DNA of 63,995 bases, the filler included, from Porpidia crustulata (Eukaryota), in assembly GCA_964255105.1 (NCBI GenBank). It is 5 parts of 5 records of this genome, joined end to end, with 100 filler letters (N's around TTAATTAATTAA, not from the genome) between each part and the next. Parts side by side here need not be neighbours in the genome. Positions count along the whole stretch, not along the records: positions 26,038 to 38,906 come from CAXUWE010000475.1; 4 more parts are not named here. One strand, 5' to 3'. Under the pieces are notes generated by a model. The model was not told where the DNA came from. It made no database searches and saw nothing but the letters and a program-made list of their open reading frames with translations. Shown here piece after piece: positions 26,038-38,021 of this stretch. Numbering within the stretch: the stretch's first letter is position 1; the number at the start of each line of letters is the position of its first letter. The translations under genes and the position numbers were made by a program.

Positions 26038-26518
26038 GGTTGAAAATAGTTAGCCACGGGTTGAAAACGCTAGCGTTAAATCTTGACCCGCGACGAAGTC
26101 GTGAATGTTGAGCATATGCTGAACTCAACTCTGGATGAGCACAGAAATGTAGAGCATATACGTTACATGTACGTAGCATATACATAGCATATGCAGAGCA
26201 TACGTCATTTGAAATTCAGATATGTGATGTTGTTAATACGAATATCATGAAACACATGCTCAGCATATGCTGAACGTAAACTTTAACATGTAATTAATAT
26301 TTTAACATATTTTAAATCTATGTTCATCAGAATGCACACACAGTTTCTTAATATTCTATTATATGTCTTGCATATGCTGTGTATATGATACGTATATGCT
26401 TTGTATATGCCATGTATATGCTCTATATTTCTGTTTTAAACCCTAGCCGAGGTTTTGATCCGGTTCAGCCCGCATTCAACTTTAGTTTTCAACCCCGTCC
26501 GAGAAATTTCCAACCCCA
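26038..26518. mobile_element. Degenerate foldback/MITE-like element with long imperfect inverted repeats and ~11-bp subrepeats
   Basis: Left GGTTGAAAAT..GGGTTGAAAAC..CAGAAATGTAGAGCATATAC; right arm reverse-complements to GGGGTTGGAAAT..GGGGTTGAAAAC..CAGAAATATAGAGCATATAC; AGCATATAC-type units repeated; AT-rich core. Confidence 0.6.
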
Positions 26519-26537
26519 GCCGAGCTGCGACCCCGGA

Positions 26538-27778
26538 TCAGATAAGCCCTTCCAACAGGTGAGGCACGATACCGGCGCCTGTTATTGAGGGATCAATTCG
26601 TGGATCGTACTTGTCAATCCCGTCAATGGGAGCGTACTCCTCGCAGAGATAGCACATGTTGTTGTAAGCCGTTTTTCTTAAGATGCTTCCCGGGTGCCCG
26701 GCAGCGTAGTTGATGGCTCCTTTGATGCTGTACAGCCTGTTACGGTCATCAAACTCGTCGACTTCTTCCGCCGCCGGATACTTTCGCAGGTAATGCCGGG
26801 TGTACAATTTCGATCGAAAGACGGAACTGAATTCGCATCTCCAGTGGCCCAGTTCCATCTCGTTGTGCGCGTAGTAGGACCCGGCATCGAACAGGAGGCT
26901 TTCTCCCGTTTCCATGTTGATGCCCATGTTTCCTTCCCAGAGGTCTCCGTGGATAATACAGGGTTTGATCTGCCGACCTTCGGTCTGTAAGGATCCGAGC
27001 AGACGAGGGATCACCGCGATGGCCACTTGTTCGGTGGCTCGTTCCAACTCTGGCCACGGGCCATTCGTCTTCAGGTCCAGTTTGCAGACGCCCACGAGCA
27101 GCTTCCGGTAGAAGACGGCCCAGCTATCTTCCCAGTCGACCGTGTGCGCCATCTTGCCGTCGCACGTCACCACGTGAAAACCAAATTTGCCGGTCGGAGA
27201 CTGGCTCGCCTTGTGCATCTCTGCCAGCCGGCTGGTAAATTCGACCGGCTCTGGTGCAGTAGCCACATCCATGTCGACAAACTCCGACAGGTAGAAGTAC
27301 GTGGCCGGGTTCTTCACTTTGTATCGGCTAAACCCAAAAGGCTCAGGGATGTAGTCTGAGTTGAGTTCGTATATGATTTTGGACGACTCGTATTCCCCCC
27401 GCAGCACGATACCACCGAGCTCACCGTACGCAATCTAAAGGCCGGCTTCATTAGTATTTTGTCTATTGTCTAGTTGATGCCGGCAATGTGACGACACGAA
27501 CCTTAAGGAAATAAAATTTCTCACTCCCGTCTGGTTCCTTTGCCGTCACCCTTCCTGTGATTGTCCGGGCACTCGTACCGAGGTTTTCCACCGACAGAAA
27601 AATCGTTCCGGGCGGCAAGGCTTCGGGTTCAGAAGTCAGCATGTACTGCGGGACCTGGAGGGTTGACTCAATGTAAAGGCGTACCTTCGATTACGGCCTC
27701 GTCCATGGGGAATCGGCCGTCGAGTTCGGCGAGACTCTCTTTGATACTGAAAGGGCCTTCCATGTCGATGGTTTCCAT
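26538..27778 (-). CDS. Fructosamine/ketosamine-3-kinase family protein, 3 exons
   Basis: MDEAVIE/ALPPGT..EKFYFLK/IAYGE; SPTGKFGFHVVTCDG, PCIIHGDLWEGN, FDAGSYYAHNEMELG, DDRNRLYS. Confidence 0.9.
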
Positions 27779-29634
27779 CACCGGCGAAGTGGGAAAAATC
27801 TCAATTTCGTCCGCTTTTGGAATTGGACAATCCTCGCCGGTCGACGAGCATAAGAGGTCAAGCTACGAATCGCTCCGCCCTCGTCGAAGATTAATATGAG
27901 GATGCCAGAAGTCGAATTGGTGCAAGGTACTTTCTCTTCGTCAAGATGGGATACCACGACCCTGTAGACAGGAAGTTTTCTGAGACAAAGGAACCCTCAG
28001 CCTTATGCAAGGGAGACAGCCTTGAACGGCAGCCTGTAGCTTGATGAACGCCCCCTTTGAGCCGTTCCACCAATTCGCTCTAGACATCTCTCTAAACAAC
28101 TCATCCGCTTGATGCTGCGCCTAGGCCGCCTTTTTGGGATCTATTAATATTACCTAAGATATGTAACTCTTCCTATACTCTAGCTGGGGACCAAACACAG
28201 TACGTCCAATCTTCGATGGATCAAGACTGCTTGCTCCGCGGAGCGCCGTCGTTGCGCTGCCCGCAGCGTTCCCATCTCGACGCAGGAAATGTGCGTCTAA
28301 CGTATACCAAGGATATCGCTCATAGAGGGTACGGCCAGGGTGAGCCGTAGATGAAAGAATCCGCTCGAGCTCCACAGCCTTTGATTAAACTTGTAAAGAT
28401 CATGCAAGTGTATCTGAAGTGCCCGAATTCACTTGCTCTTGAAGTGTAGGACAAGTTGCTGGCTAATCTTCAGACTGATAGGGGCGAACGGAGTGTACGA
28501 TAGAGGTGGCTCGTGCCCGCAAGCGGGAAGCATGCTGTGTGTCTCTTTATGGTGCGCTTGATTACAGGGTAAATTGCTTAATGGAAGATGTCAACTACCA
28601 ATGTTGTGTCTCCGACGTATTGGAGAGAACGATGAACTGATTGACGACGTGATACTATCGAGGATATGATTCGCATAGCTGTCAAGAATACCGTTCATGG
28701 ACCTCTTCGTCTCGGAGTCTTGCATGCAGATATCTTGCTGCGGATAAGAAATAAGAGGCGTATGGTGAAATAACAAGAAAACGATAAGGTAATCAACAGC
28801 GTGCTCTACAATTGTTTGACGTGCTTCCAACCGCCAAACCCACAAACCCGCTTGCACACCGCCACATAAATACGAAAAGAACCAAAAACAATCCCAAGCG
28901 CCATTGCATCCCCAAATATAACCACTTTGGCCGGAACAGGCTCAAAGCTCATGCCCCATCGATATATAACAACCGACAGAGCAAAGTATAGCATCGTGAA
29001 AATTACGTTGAACCAATCGTTCCTATCAGATGAATCAGTCCTGGATATTTCCTTTGTAGTGCGACCGAGCGAATGAATCACCTTAGCTGCGTAGCGAACT
29101 TCTTTGGGAGCGGCGTCTTCAGGGTACAAAGCGACCACGCCAGAATTACTGCTTGCAACGCATATACCCTAAAAACACAGTCATCGACTATGAAGGTAAG
29201 GACGCTGAGTTGGTAGCTAGCTACCATCGTAACCAGCCGAGATTCCTCATCATACTTCTGTTGAGTTCATCGTCTGGCAATAGAAAAATTTGTAGAACCG
29301 CGCTCATGCTGGCTGTAGGGATATCAAAGAGACAAGAGTTTACTTTGCATTTGCATCTTGTTGGAAGTTGATATATATGGTGGTTTAGCAAAAATGAACA
29401 GGTGCGGTTGCCATTTTGTTCAACACATCTCTGCGTAATCTAGTCAGGGAATGGTCGTGGTTCGGTACCAGAGAGTCACTTCAAATTGACCCCCTTTTGC
29501 AATAGTGCTAGTATTGTTACGGGAATCTTAGGGTCAGGGATCGATCTGGTAGGGCTGCTGCAAAGGGGGGCACGCGAAGAGGAGAAAAATCCATATCGCA
29601 AAAATCGATCCTTATCAAATTTATCACGTATTTG

Positions 29635-29728
29635 TACTCAGGCCAGTTTTTTATGTCCGGACACAGAAGCGAGAAAACCCGCCCAAAATCAATCTTTTGT
29701 GTCCGGACAATAAAAGCTAGCCTGAGTA
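29635..29728. mobile_element. 94-bp MITE-like element with imperfect 31-bp inverted repeats and TA ends
   Basis: TACTCAGGCCAGTTTTTTATGTCCGGACACA (29635-29665) vs reverse complement of 29698-29728, TACTCAGGCTAGCTTTTATTGTCCGGACACA (4 mismatches). Confidence 0.65.
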
Positions 29729-29993
29729 GAAGCCATCATCTGGATGCTATAAAGTCAAGTGATGATGACTATAAAAACGAGAGTGAACGACACACTGTCA
29801 GACTACGTGGAATCATCGAAAAATCTTCTCAAAACAATCATTAAATCTAATTTATATTGATCGAGATCGAGTTTTGCAGTATGGATTCTTCCGCTCCCCG
29901 CGTGTCATTGTTCGCAAGCCGTGTGTCTAGCTTTCAGTCTTCATAACGATCATGATTATCGTCTCTATACAAAAATGTATAGAGAAGGAGCAG

Positions 29994-31283
29994 CTACGCA
30001 CATAGCTTAGGCGAACGTCTCTGTAAAGGAATCTGCCGCCTCGCAAAAGGAAAGACCGTTTGTATTGACCAAAATCGATCATCCAGACACCTCTCCACCT
30101 GATAACGGCAAGTCGTCATTCCATCATCTCCGTCCCCATTCTCAACCTCACGCAAGTTCATAACCTTCGTCCGGCAATACGGACAGTACTGAATATCCTT
30201 ACACCACGTACACACCACGCCCGGCTGTTTATGTCCCATGCGGCAGTCCAGGAGGGCGTGAATAGCAGCATCGAGTTTGAGATGCGGGCACAGCATTCGC
30301 GGCGATCTCTTCAATAACGCCGCCGTCGAAGGCTAAGTATGACGGTAATCGATGACAACGCCCAACTGCCCCACCTGCGGAGGCATTGAGAAGATGTTCG
30401 TTTTGGACGTGAAGACCAGGCCATCCAGCCATCGCTCCTCTTCAGTGCCATCATACAGGAAGATTCCGATCCTAATCTCGACTTTGACGGCGCCGCCACT
30501 ATACTGATGTTGGCATTGGTGCCACCAGAAGTCTGCTGCGACAGGCCGATCGTTTTCGGGAGAGGTTCGGGCGTTTTGGCGGAGGTGGGCTTCGAGCTGG
30601 CTTTTTTTGCGCACGGTGAGTTTGATGCAGGGGCACAGGTCGATGATGCCGACGGGAGCGAAGCAGGCGTTGCGTTCGGAGACTAGGTGTTTGCATTCAT
30701 GACGGCAGCTACGGTACTCGGGGGCTTTGGCGGCGTAGTAGTGGTGGAGCCGGGGGACGGAAAATTTCTCGAATTCGGCAAACATACGGCGGGGGTGGAG
30801 GGTGAAGCATTCGGAGCAGAGTTGTCACTTCCCTTTGAGATCGCGCTCAAGATGGCGGAGGAATTCCCAGCGGGATGGCTGGTAATTGTGGGGTTTGCTC
30901 ATTTTGGTGGAACGGAAATCAGAGGGTTCTTCGGTGGGGAGCTGGAGGCGGGCGAAGAGGGTAGCGTCGAAACAGGTGGAGAGCAGGGCTTTGCACGTCA
31001 CTGCGAGTGATGCCCGTGAGGCGTCGGGGAGATGTGATGCTATCGTGAGAAGCATCTCTGGAGGTATATTTAGGAGTCGGGATTCTTGATTCTTGCATTT
31101 CTTGAGATGCGAGGTTACGACATGTCGTGCTTTAGACCTCAGTTTCTCGGTGAAAGTAGGGCGAGTTGGATTGTTTGCGAATGATGTGGGAGTAGAAGCG
31201 GTTTTGTACTCGAGTTTTGATAGATCCGGCGTCAGAGGTATCACGGGAGTTTATTGACTTCGAAGGAGCCTCCATGGCTGCAT
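29994..31283 (-). pseudogene. F-box-domain gene with three in-frame stops
   Basis: One frame from ATG 31283: F-box ESRLLNIPPEMLLTIASHLPDASRASLAVTCK, then FLRHLERD..*QLCSECFTLH, IDLCPC, LCPHL, CPYCRT; stops TAA 31253-31251, TGA 30827-30825, TAG 30335-30333. Confidence 0.8.
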
Positions 31284-32076
31284 TCTCCTGGAATTGAATT
31301 TGGCTTCAATGGCTTGACTCTAGATAAAGACCAAAAATTGTGCCTGTTTTGAGAAATCTTCTTTCAAGAGAAATTATGATACGAGGAGTCGGCTAAGAAT
31401 TTGATATCATTTATAGTAAATGTGAAGTAGGGTATAGAGTATACCTTGCTACATGGTAGATCATAGCACAGCTAAGCCAGTGGATGGAACTGTTAGGATT
31501 TTCGCTAAGCTAGTTAGTGGGCACGCGTGAAACCTGGCAAGGCACAAAGAAGTCGAGGTAAGCACTCACGCACTGTTGGGCAGGCCATAAATCGAATTAG
31601 GAGGTTGGCGCCAGCGATGCGGAGAGTTTGGATATGTGGCATCGCTGACTGCGGACTGATCAGTGACACCTCATTCTAACCATTTTGGCATAGCGACCTT
31701 CTCCGACAATTACCGTCCCACTCATCTCGATTTTGATTTAGGCTCCCAACAGAACGTCTCCGCGCACGGAAGATGGAGGATGAAAGATATCAAGTCATCT
31801 TTGAAGGATTAAGAATTCAATACTGAGCTATCATAAAACCAACCTGCGTCATCGGGCACCAATCGCGCACGCAAGCCTTAGAGTACTGTGTTTCAAGTTC
31901 TGGTTGAGGAAAGCAGATTGAGGGTTGCTTGGCGGTATTTGGCATCTCCAACATTACTTGTCCGGCATGCTGTACACTACCTGGCTTCCTCTTGATAGAT
32001 CAGTGTTCTTCCGAAGTCAGCCCTTGCTCTAACCATGATACTCAAGCCCTCGTGTACAGTGTGTCCTACATGACTT

Positions 32077-32958
32077 TCAAGTCTCCAATGGCGCCACCTC
32101 GAGTAGATCGGACGTCCAATCGTCCTCCACGAGCTCTGAAAGCTCCAATTCAATTTTCTTAGCTAAGCTGTGAGGTTCCTCCATTTCTTCGTCACTGCTG
32201 CTGGAATCTTTCCGGCCAAGAGACAAATGACTACCACTTGCACGCTTTTCGTCCCCCAAAACGGGTCTTTCGGCCATATACCGAGAAGATATCCAAGGAA
32301 CTGAACGCTTAGGCTTGACCACGTCATAGGCAACGGCAAATATCTCTTCCTGCTCTACTTCACCGGTCATCGTCTTCTGCTCCGAACGAGAAGATGCTGT
32401 TTCGGCTCCAACGTCCAGATCTGGTCCCGCGCTAGACGCTGTGCCTGTAGGTACTTGGGCCCGAGCAGCGGCCATACGAGAATTTGACACTCCAACGTCC
32501 CATTGAGTACCTTTGGTAGTAAGAAATCCCACAATGAGGTAGACGCGTCCACGGAAGCTTTTTGCCATTAAAGTTTGGGTCTCCCTTTCAAACTTCGGGT
32601 TCTCCATGAGACGCTTGAATTTAACTTCATTTTGGATCATCTGATATCGCTTCACTTCGTTGCCGTGCAATGCGACAGTGCTTTCTGTGTCCGTCGACAG
32701 GCAAAGGTTGAAATACTTTGTGAGCACAGCTTGCAAAGAGCTGGACGTGGCTCCCCGAATAACGTCTGCTCGGCTCTTGTAAGGAATTGGTTTTTCTGTA
32801 ATGCCTGGAACAATTGTTTCAGGTCCTGCGGTCTCATAGTCAAGGGGTACGAAACGTCGATTCGGATCGAGGGGATCTAAGACAACGCGCCCCATAAAGG
32901 TACGGATATGGTCACCATGAAGCGAATACGGGAGAACGAAAAACCTATCCTTCTTCAT
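32077..32958 (-). CDS. Fungal gasdermin-like pore-forming protein (HET-Q1/RCD-1 family), 293 aa
   Basis: Intronless ORF with N-terminal MGRVVLDPLDP, central VYLIVGFLT, Ser/Thr/Ala-rich predicted hairpin segments, EEIFAVAYDVVK, and an acidic C-terminal tail. Size and motif order match fungal gasdermins; sits next to a protease gene. Confidence 0.82.
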   Translation of the reverse strand: MKKDRFFVLPYSLHGDHIRTFMGRVVLDPLDPNRRFVPLDYETAGPETIVPGITEKPIPYKSRADVIRGATSSSLQAVLTKYFNLCLSTDTESTVALHGNEVKRYQMIQNEVKFKRLMENPKFERETQTLMAKSFRGRVYLIVGFLTTKGTQWDVGVSNSRMAAARAQVPTGTASSAGPDLDVGAETASSRSEQKTMTGEVEQEEIFAVAYDVVKPKRSVPWISSRYMAERPVLGDEKRASGSHLSLGRKDSSSSDEEMEEPHSLAKKIELELSELVEDDWTSDLLEVAPLET

Positions 32959-33211
32959 GTTTTAGCCTTGGTCTGGGTTTTGTAATGAAGCTTCGCGTCA
33001 ACGCTGCTATGAGGTGAATTGATCGAGGAGGCCTGCCGAGCTGGCGAGGCTGGAGAACGGAGCTCCAAAGTTTAGCCGCTTACGTTACGTGGCGTGGTGG
33101 CTTAGTCTAGACCCTCAGCAATTAACCTGAGCTTGATAGCAGGTGCGTTAAGAATTGGAGCTTCTGCGAAAGCGATATACTGATTGCTCTATCGTATGAG
33201 AACCGGTCACA

Positions 33212-36200
33212 ATGCCTTGTGTGCGAATAACTGCGGAATCAGCTTTCGTCCTTGGGGATAACATTACTTGGAATATCGTCATTGAGCATGAGGGTGAAAA
33301 ATTGCGGCGTCTCCAACTGCGCGACCCTTTCACAGCCGCGCAGGAGCGTGAGTGCAAATGGTACCTAGAGCGTTACACTAGGTCACCGTTCGCTCTAGAG
33401 AGAGCTGCAGCAGCAGAAAAAAGCTTCAGAGAGTATGGACAAAATTTGCTCACACAATTAGGTCTCTCAGATATTGCACCGCTGTGGTCAAAAGACAAGC
33501 CTATGATTGACATCGAAGTGATTCAACGTGCAGACTGCGAAAACGATGTGGGTGGCTTATTGAGCGTACACCGCCTACATTGGGAGTTTCTGGAAGACGG
33601 GGACCTTTGGATTATAAACACTGCTCGAGTGTCCGTCCGAAGGGTTTTGGCCCAGAAAGAGACTACCAGAATGGCTGGGATCGATCAAGAGAAGACTTCT
33701 ATTCGCTCTCGCCATCCGAATTCCTTTAATGTCCTGCTAGTCGTTGCACGGGACCTTACAATCGACGGAGCAGCTTACGAGGATGTTGACGCTTCCAATG
33801 GCCTCAGAGCTCTCCTCTATGCGTCGAAAAGCCTCAACGATAGCGCATCTTCTTTTACTCTCAACGTAGAAGTGGTGCGCCCAGGGGCTCTACCAGCATT
33901 AGAGGAACACCTAAGTCGTTATGAACGCGGCCATTTTGACTTGGTACATTTTGATATACACGGTATTGTCCGGAAAGCTCGAGGGTGAGTATAGAATCTA
34001 CCGTGTTAAATGTTGAGACTAAATCATCAAAAGAGCACATACTGCTTACTTGATGTTTGCAGACACTGCTAGCGCGACAGATCTTTCCCCCGTCCATGCC
34101 GAGACTGTGGGTATATTACTCTCTGAAAGAGGAGTCCGTCTGGCCGTCCTGAATGCCTGCAATTCAGCTCGTTCAGATCGCGGTATGCTAGCCAATGTTG
34201 CAAGTAATCTTGTGACTCAGGGCGTTACTAATGTGCTTGCTATGACCTACGAATTCATGGCTAGCGCTGTTCCCTTATTTTTTAATGTATTCTATCAGTG
34301 CTTCTTTTTGCAGGGAATGCCATTTTCTCATGCCGCTGCCATTAGCCGTCATAATCTCAAGAGACACCCTGAACGAACCGCTTCCTTCGGCCTCACGGTC
34401 GGCTTACAGGATTGGTCTGTACCTACTATATACACTGCCGATCAGGATGTAATGTTCACGTACAGCACCACCAATATGCCAAAAAGAGCTTTACGCGACT
34501 TTTACAGTGAGGTTGTTGAGCCTAATACTTCTACATATGAGACAAGCGTCATCGGTCGTGACTTGGACAAATTGCGCTTCGAACGGGAGTTGATTGAGAA
34601 CAAGGCTCTGTATTTATATGGTGTGGCTGAGGGTGGGAAATCAGCGATGTTAGATACCTTGGCGAATGAATGGCGTTTGACCAACTTTGCTGAGGTTGTA
34701 CAAGTCGATTTCTCCCAGGTCCCGTATCTCACTCAAGAACTCATGATTGAGCAAATAAGTCTCCAGTTAGATCCGAGTATATCTACAGATGCTGCGAGCT
34801 CGAAGTCCCTTCCACAGTTGATGCAAGTATTCCGCCAGAAACGGACTGTGCTTGTGTTTGACAGCTTGGATACACCCTACAGCTACATGATACAGGAATC
34901 GCACAAGGAGACAAATGTTGAAAGATACAATGAAGACTACGCAAAGGTGCATGAGGTGTTGCGTTCACTTATCGAGCTCGCGTTAGATAGAAGTGCACCA
35001 GAATTCTATGTAGTCTTGGTTGGGAGGAAGGAGAGGTACTGGATTCAGGAACAATTACCGGGCCTGGATGTTTCCAGTTTCGAGCTTCCTGCTCTGAGCT
35101 TACCTGCTGCCATTTCGCTGTCAGAACGCATCCTTGTTGCCCATGGATTTCAATACGAAGCTCTTCGACAGTCAGATTCGCTAGTACACATCGTGCAGAT
35201 GCTGCAGAAGCTTCCAGGGGCTCTGCGGCTAGTACTACCGAAAGCCTCGAAAAATGCTTCGCTGGATTCATTTCGGGAAGGTCTTCTGCACGGAGACGTG
35301 ACCCTAACAGTGGCCGATTTGAAAGGCAAGCCTTTCACTGCACACAGATTTCTGAGGAATCTGAACACTTTGGACTATCTACAGCTGCAAATTCCTCTGG
35401 TCTCGTTCTGGGGGGAAGGTCCCGCGAACGTTGAATATTTCGTCAGGCAACTGAGAGACCTGGGTCTGGACTACGGAGAGAAGTGGCTAACGATATTCTT
35501 CTGCTTGAACGACTTGGACGCATGCTCCATTAGTCGAGAAGCGTACTTCATGAGATGGGTTCACCCGATGTGGACATTGTTGCTACGCGGCAAGCAACAG
35601 TCAAGCTTTCATTGGAGATGGCAGCACTCAAATTCTCTGCAGCCGCTTCGAGCGTGGGTAGATAAAGGACGAGACTATCTCGCTCCTGGATCAAGTCAAC
35701 TACACAGCAGTAGATTGCCGAAGATGCGTGAACTGTTCTGCTCTGCTGTTCAGGATCGTTTCAAATTCTTCTTTAACTTTCAAGTTCTTGGAGCCAATAA
35801 TGTGCCAAGATATGGCCGCTACCATCGAGGTTCCCTGAGTAATGTGCTCTCCGTCCTCGATATCTGTTGTGACGAGGAACAGCCCTTACAATTAACCAAA
35901 TGGCCAATGGAACTTTTCACAGGCCTGACGGCACTAAGTAGAATCTACTTCAGCGTCCCAGAGCAGCTCCTATTCAATCAAGGGTTAGAGCGTGCGTTGA
36001 AGATCTTCACCCAGAGGAATGGCGGCTTTGCTGTAGAAACAGACCTTTTATCCTTTCCGCTCATTGCTGCCACACATCTCAGAACATTCTACGGCCCCGA
36101 TAGGGTCAGAGCCTTATATCGTCCAGAGCTTACCGATATAGCTTTGGCTGTTATTGAAGCCTCCGAATCGAAATACGGGATCATGCCCAGATATGAGATG

Positions 36201-37007
36201 ATGTACAAAGGTCTAGCATTCCGGTATAAGGCTATCGATATGTTGATTGCCAAGGATGAAAAGAAAGCAGACGCTTGGTGGAAGAAGATGAATGCAGTTG
36301 ACAGCGTTCTATATCCATCGCAAACTAATTCTGAGACAGATGTGCCTATCCCGGCACCTTCAAATGAGTTAAGTATGGAGCAGCAGAACCAGGTTGCCAT
36401 AGAACAATTCACCAAAATAAACGATGAGCGTTTACGATCTTGGCTGGCAGTGCGCGGCCCAAGCTTCTGGGACTGGCTCAAGAGTACTATTCTACAGAAA
36501 GATATGGGCGGAAAGGAGACCGAGCTGCTCCAGGAAATGTCCACCAATCTGCGCCAGGCATCCAACGTCTACGAGCAGACGGGCGTACTGGGACTAGATC
36601 GCTGGGAATTCTGCTTCCCTATGCAATCAGATATGGTGCAATACACCCGCCGACTTGAAGATCCTAAGCAACGGCTCCTGGAGCTCGAGGAGGCGATCGA
36701 GACCGGCAGCTGGGAAAAAGCATATCAGCACCACATGGAGCTTTACAATGCCGAGTTTGCAGAAGGACACTTCCAGGCCGCAAGGAAACATCTTCTCGAA
36801 GCCAGGGAGATTTACGTCAAGAATATCGACGAAGCAGGCGAGCCGGCCTTGTGGATATCTCTGGCATCGCATAACGCGCGGTCAATCCATGGTCAGATGG
36901 TTCGAAATTTAGAGTACAGACATCAGCGTATCGAGGAATCGATAATGGCTGGCGAGCCGATCGATTGGGACTCGATCGCTCAGCAAACTTTTCGCGAGCT
37001 CTTATAG
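33212..37007 (+). CDS. CHAT (caspase-like) protease fused to STAND-type P-loop NTPase and helical/TPR-like C-terminus (NLR-like), ~1248 aa
   Basis: join(33212..33984,34034..37007); the 49-nt intron restores VHFDIHG..AYLMF. Catalytic His in VHFDIHG and Cys in VLNACNS; LAM, DWSVPTIY; IGRD, Walker A GVAEGGKS, Walker B VLVFDSLD, KLPGAL (GxP-like). Confidence 0.88.
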
Positions 37008-38021
37008 AGCTGAGGTGATTTGTCGATAATTTGCGTTGCCCACGATCTTCATTTCGCTAGATCCCAAAGAACATCGAGCAGAAAAATCTAACATGGGATC
37101 ATGGTGAAAGCTTGTTTGAGAAACTAGGTATGACAACTCCTATCCAGTGTGAAGTTCAGGCCCCTTGTGGTACTGCATGAAACACTACAATCGTCTTTTG
37201 TGTACGGTCAATACGACTGCCCTATGAGGGTGTAGCCTGACAGCCTACCTCTCCCTTGAATATTTGTCATCTCGGTCTCTCTACGCCTCCCTGATCATAC
37301 CCCTCAGTGGAAGATCAACATCATAAACCAAGGACAACTAGAACAAGCATGGGAGCACGAACATAGGCCAAAGCAACAGATCGTAAAGGGAAAACGTCAA
37401 GACTTCACGGAAATGTCGGGTGGCAAGGAAGCAGAAAAAACCTCACAGAGAGCAACGATAATAATGCTCTCAAGATTATATCTAGAGAATGGAACACGAT
37501 AAGCGGTCAAGGGCTTTAGTTCCTCTGAGGCGAAGATGCGTGCGGCAAAAACAAATACTTTGCCTTTTTGATTGTAGCACACCTAGATTGGGGAGCCTAG
37601 GTTTCACTCCTCACCCTTGTTAGTAGTACTGAAGATCGGCGCCAAATTGGGATAGGGGACAAGAATTAATAAGAGCCTTCAAGATCTGCGGCAGGAGGCT
37701 GGTAGCAATGGGTTTGGTGGATATGTGGAATGGCGAGTGGCTTTGGGGAAAAAGAGTTGGCTGCTCATACGTTCTGAAGTGGCAGGACAGATACAGTAAG
37801 AGCTAGACAGTCCCGGGTCAAGGAACGGGAAGAAGACGTGAGTGTAGAAGGCGTAACGGCCATTTGAGGATCAAACAGTTTGGTGGATGTAGATGATATT
37901 TGGGAGAATCTTGAATGTTGAGCTGTCTATTGCTAAGTACATTTTGTGCAAAGCATACTAGCAGTGTAACAGTTCCGACGCCCTTCATTGACGATTCAGC
38001 TCACAGCACCATTCTATCCCG

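Noticed and set aside
28806..29138. 110-aa ORF with two hydrophobic segments
   Set aside because: No ATG start or recognisable family; may be a gene remnant but cannot be supported.
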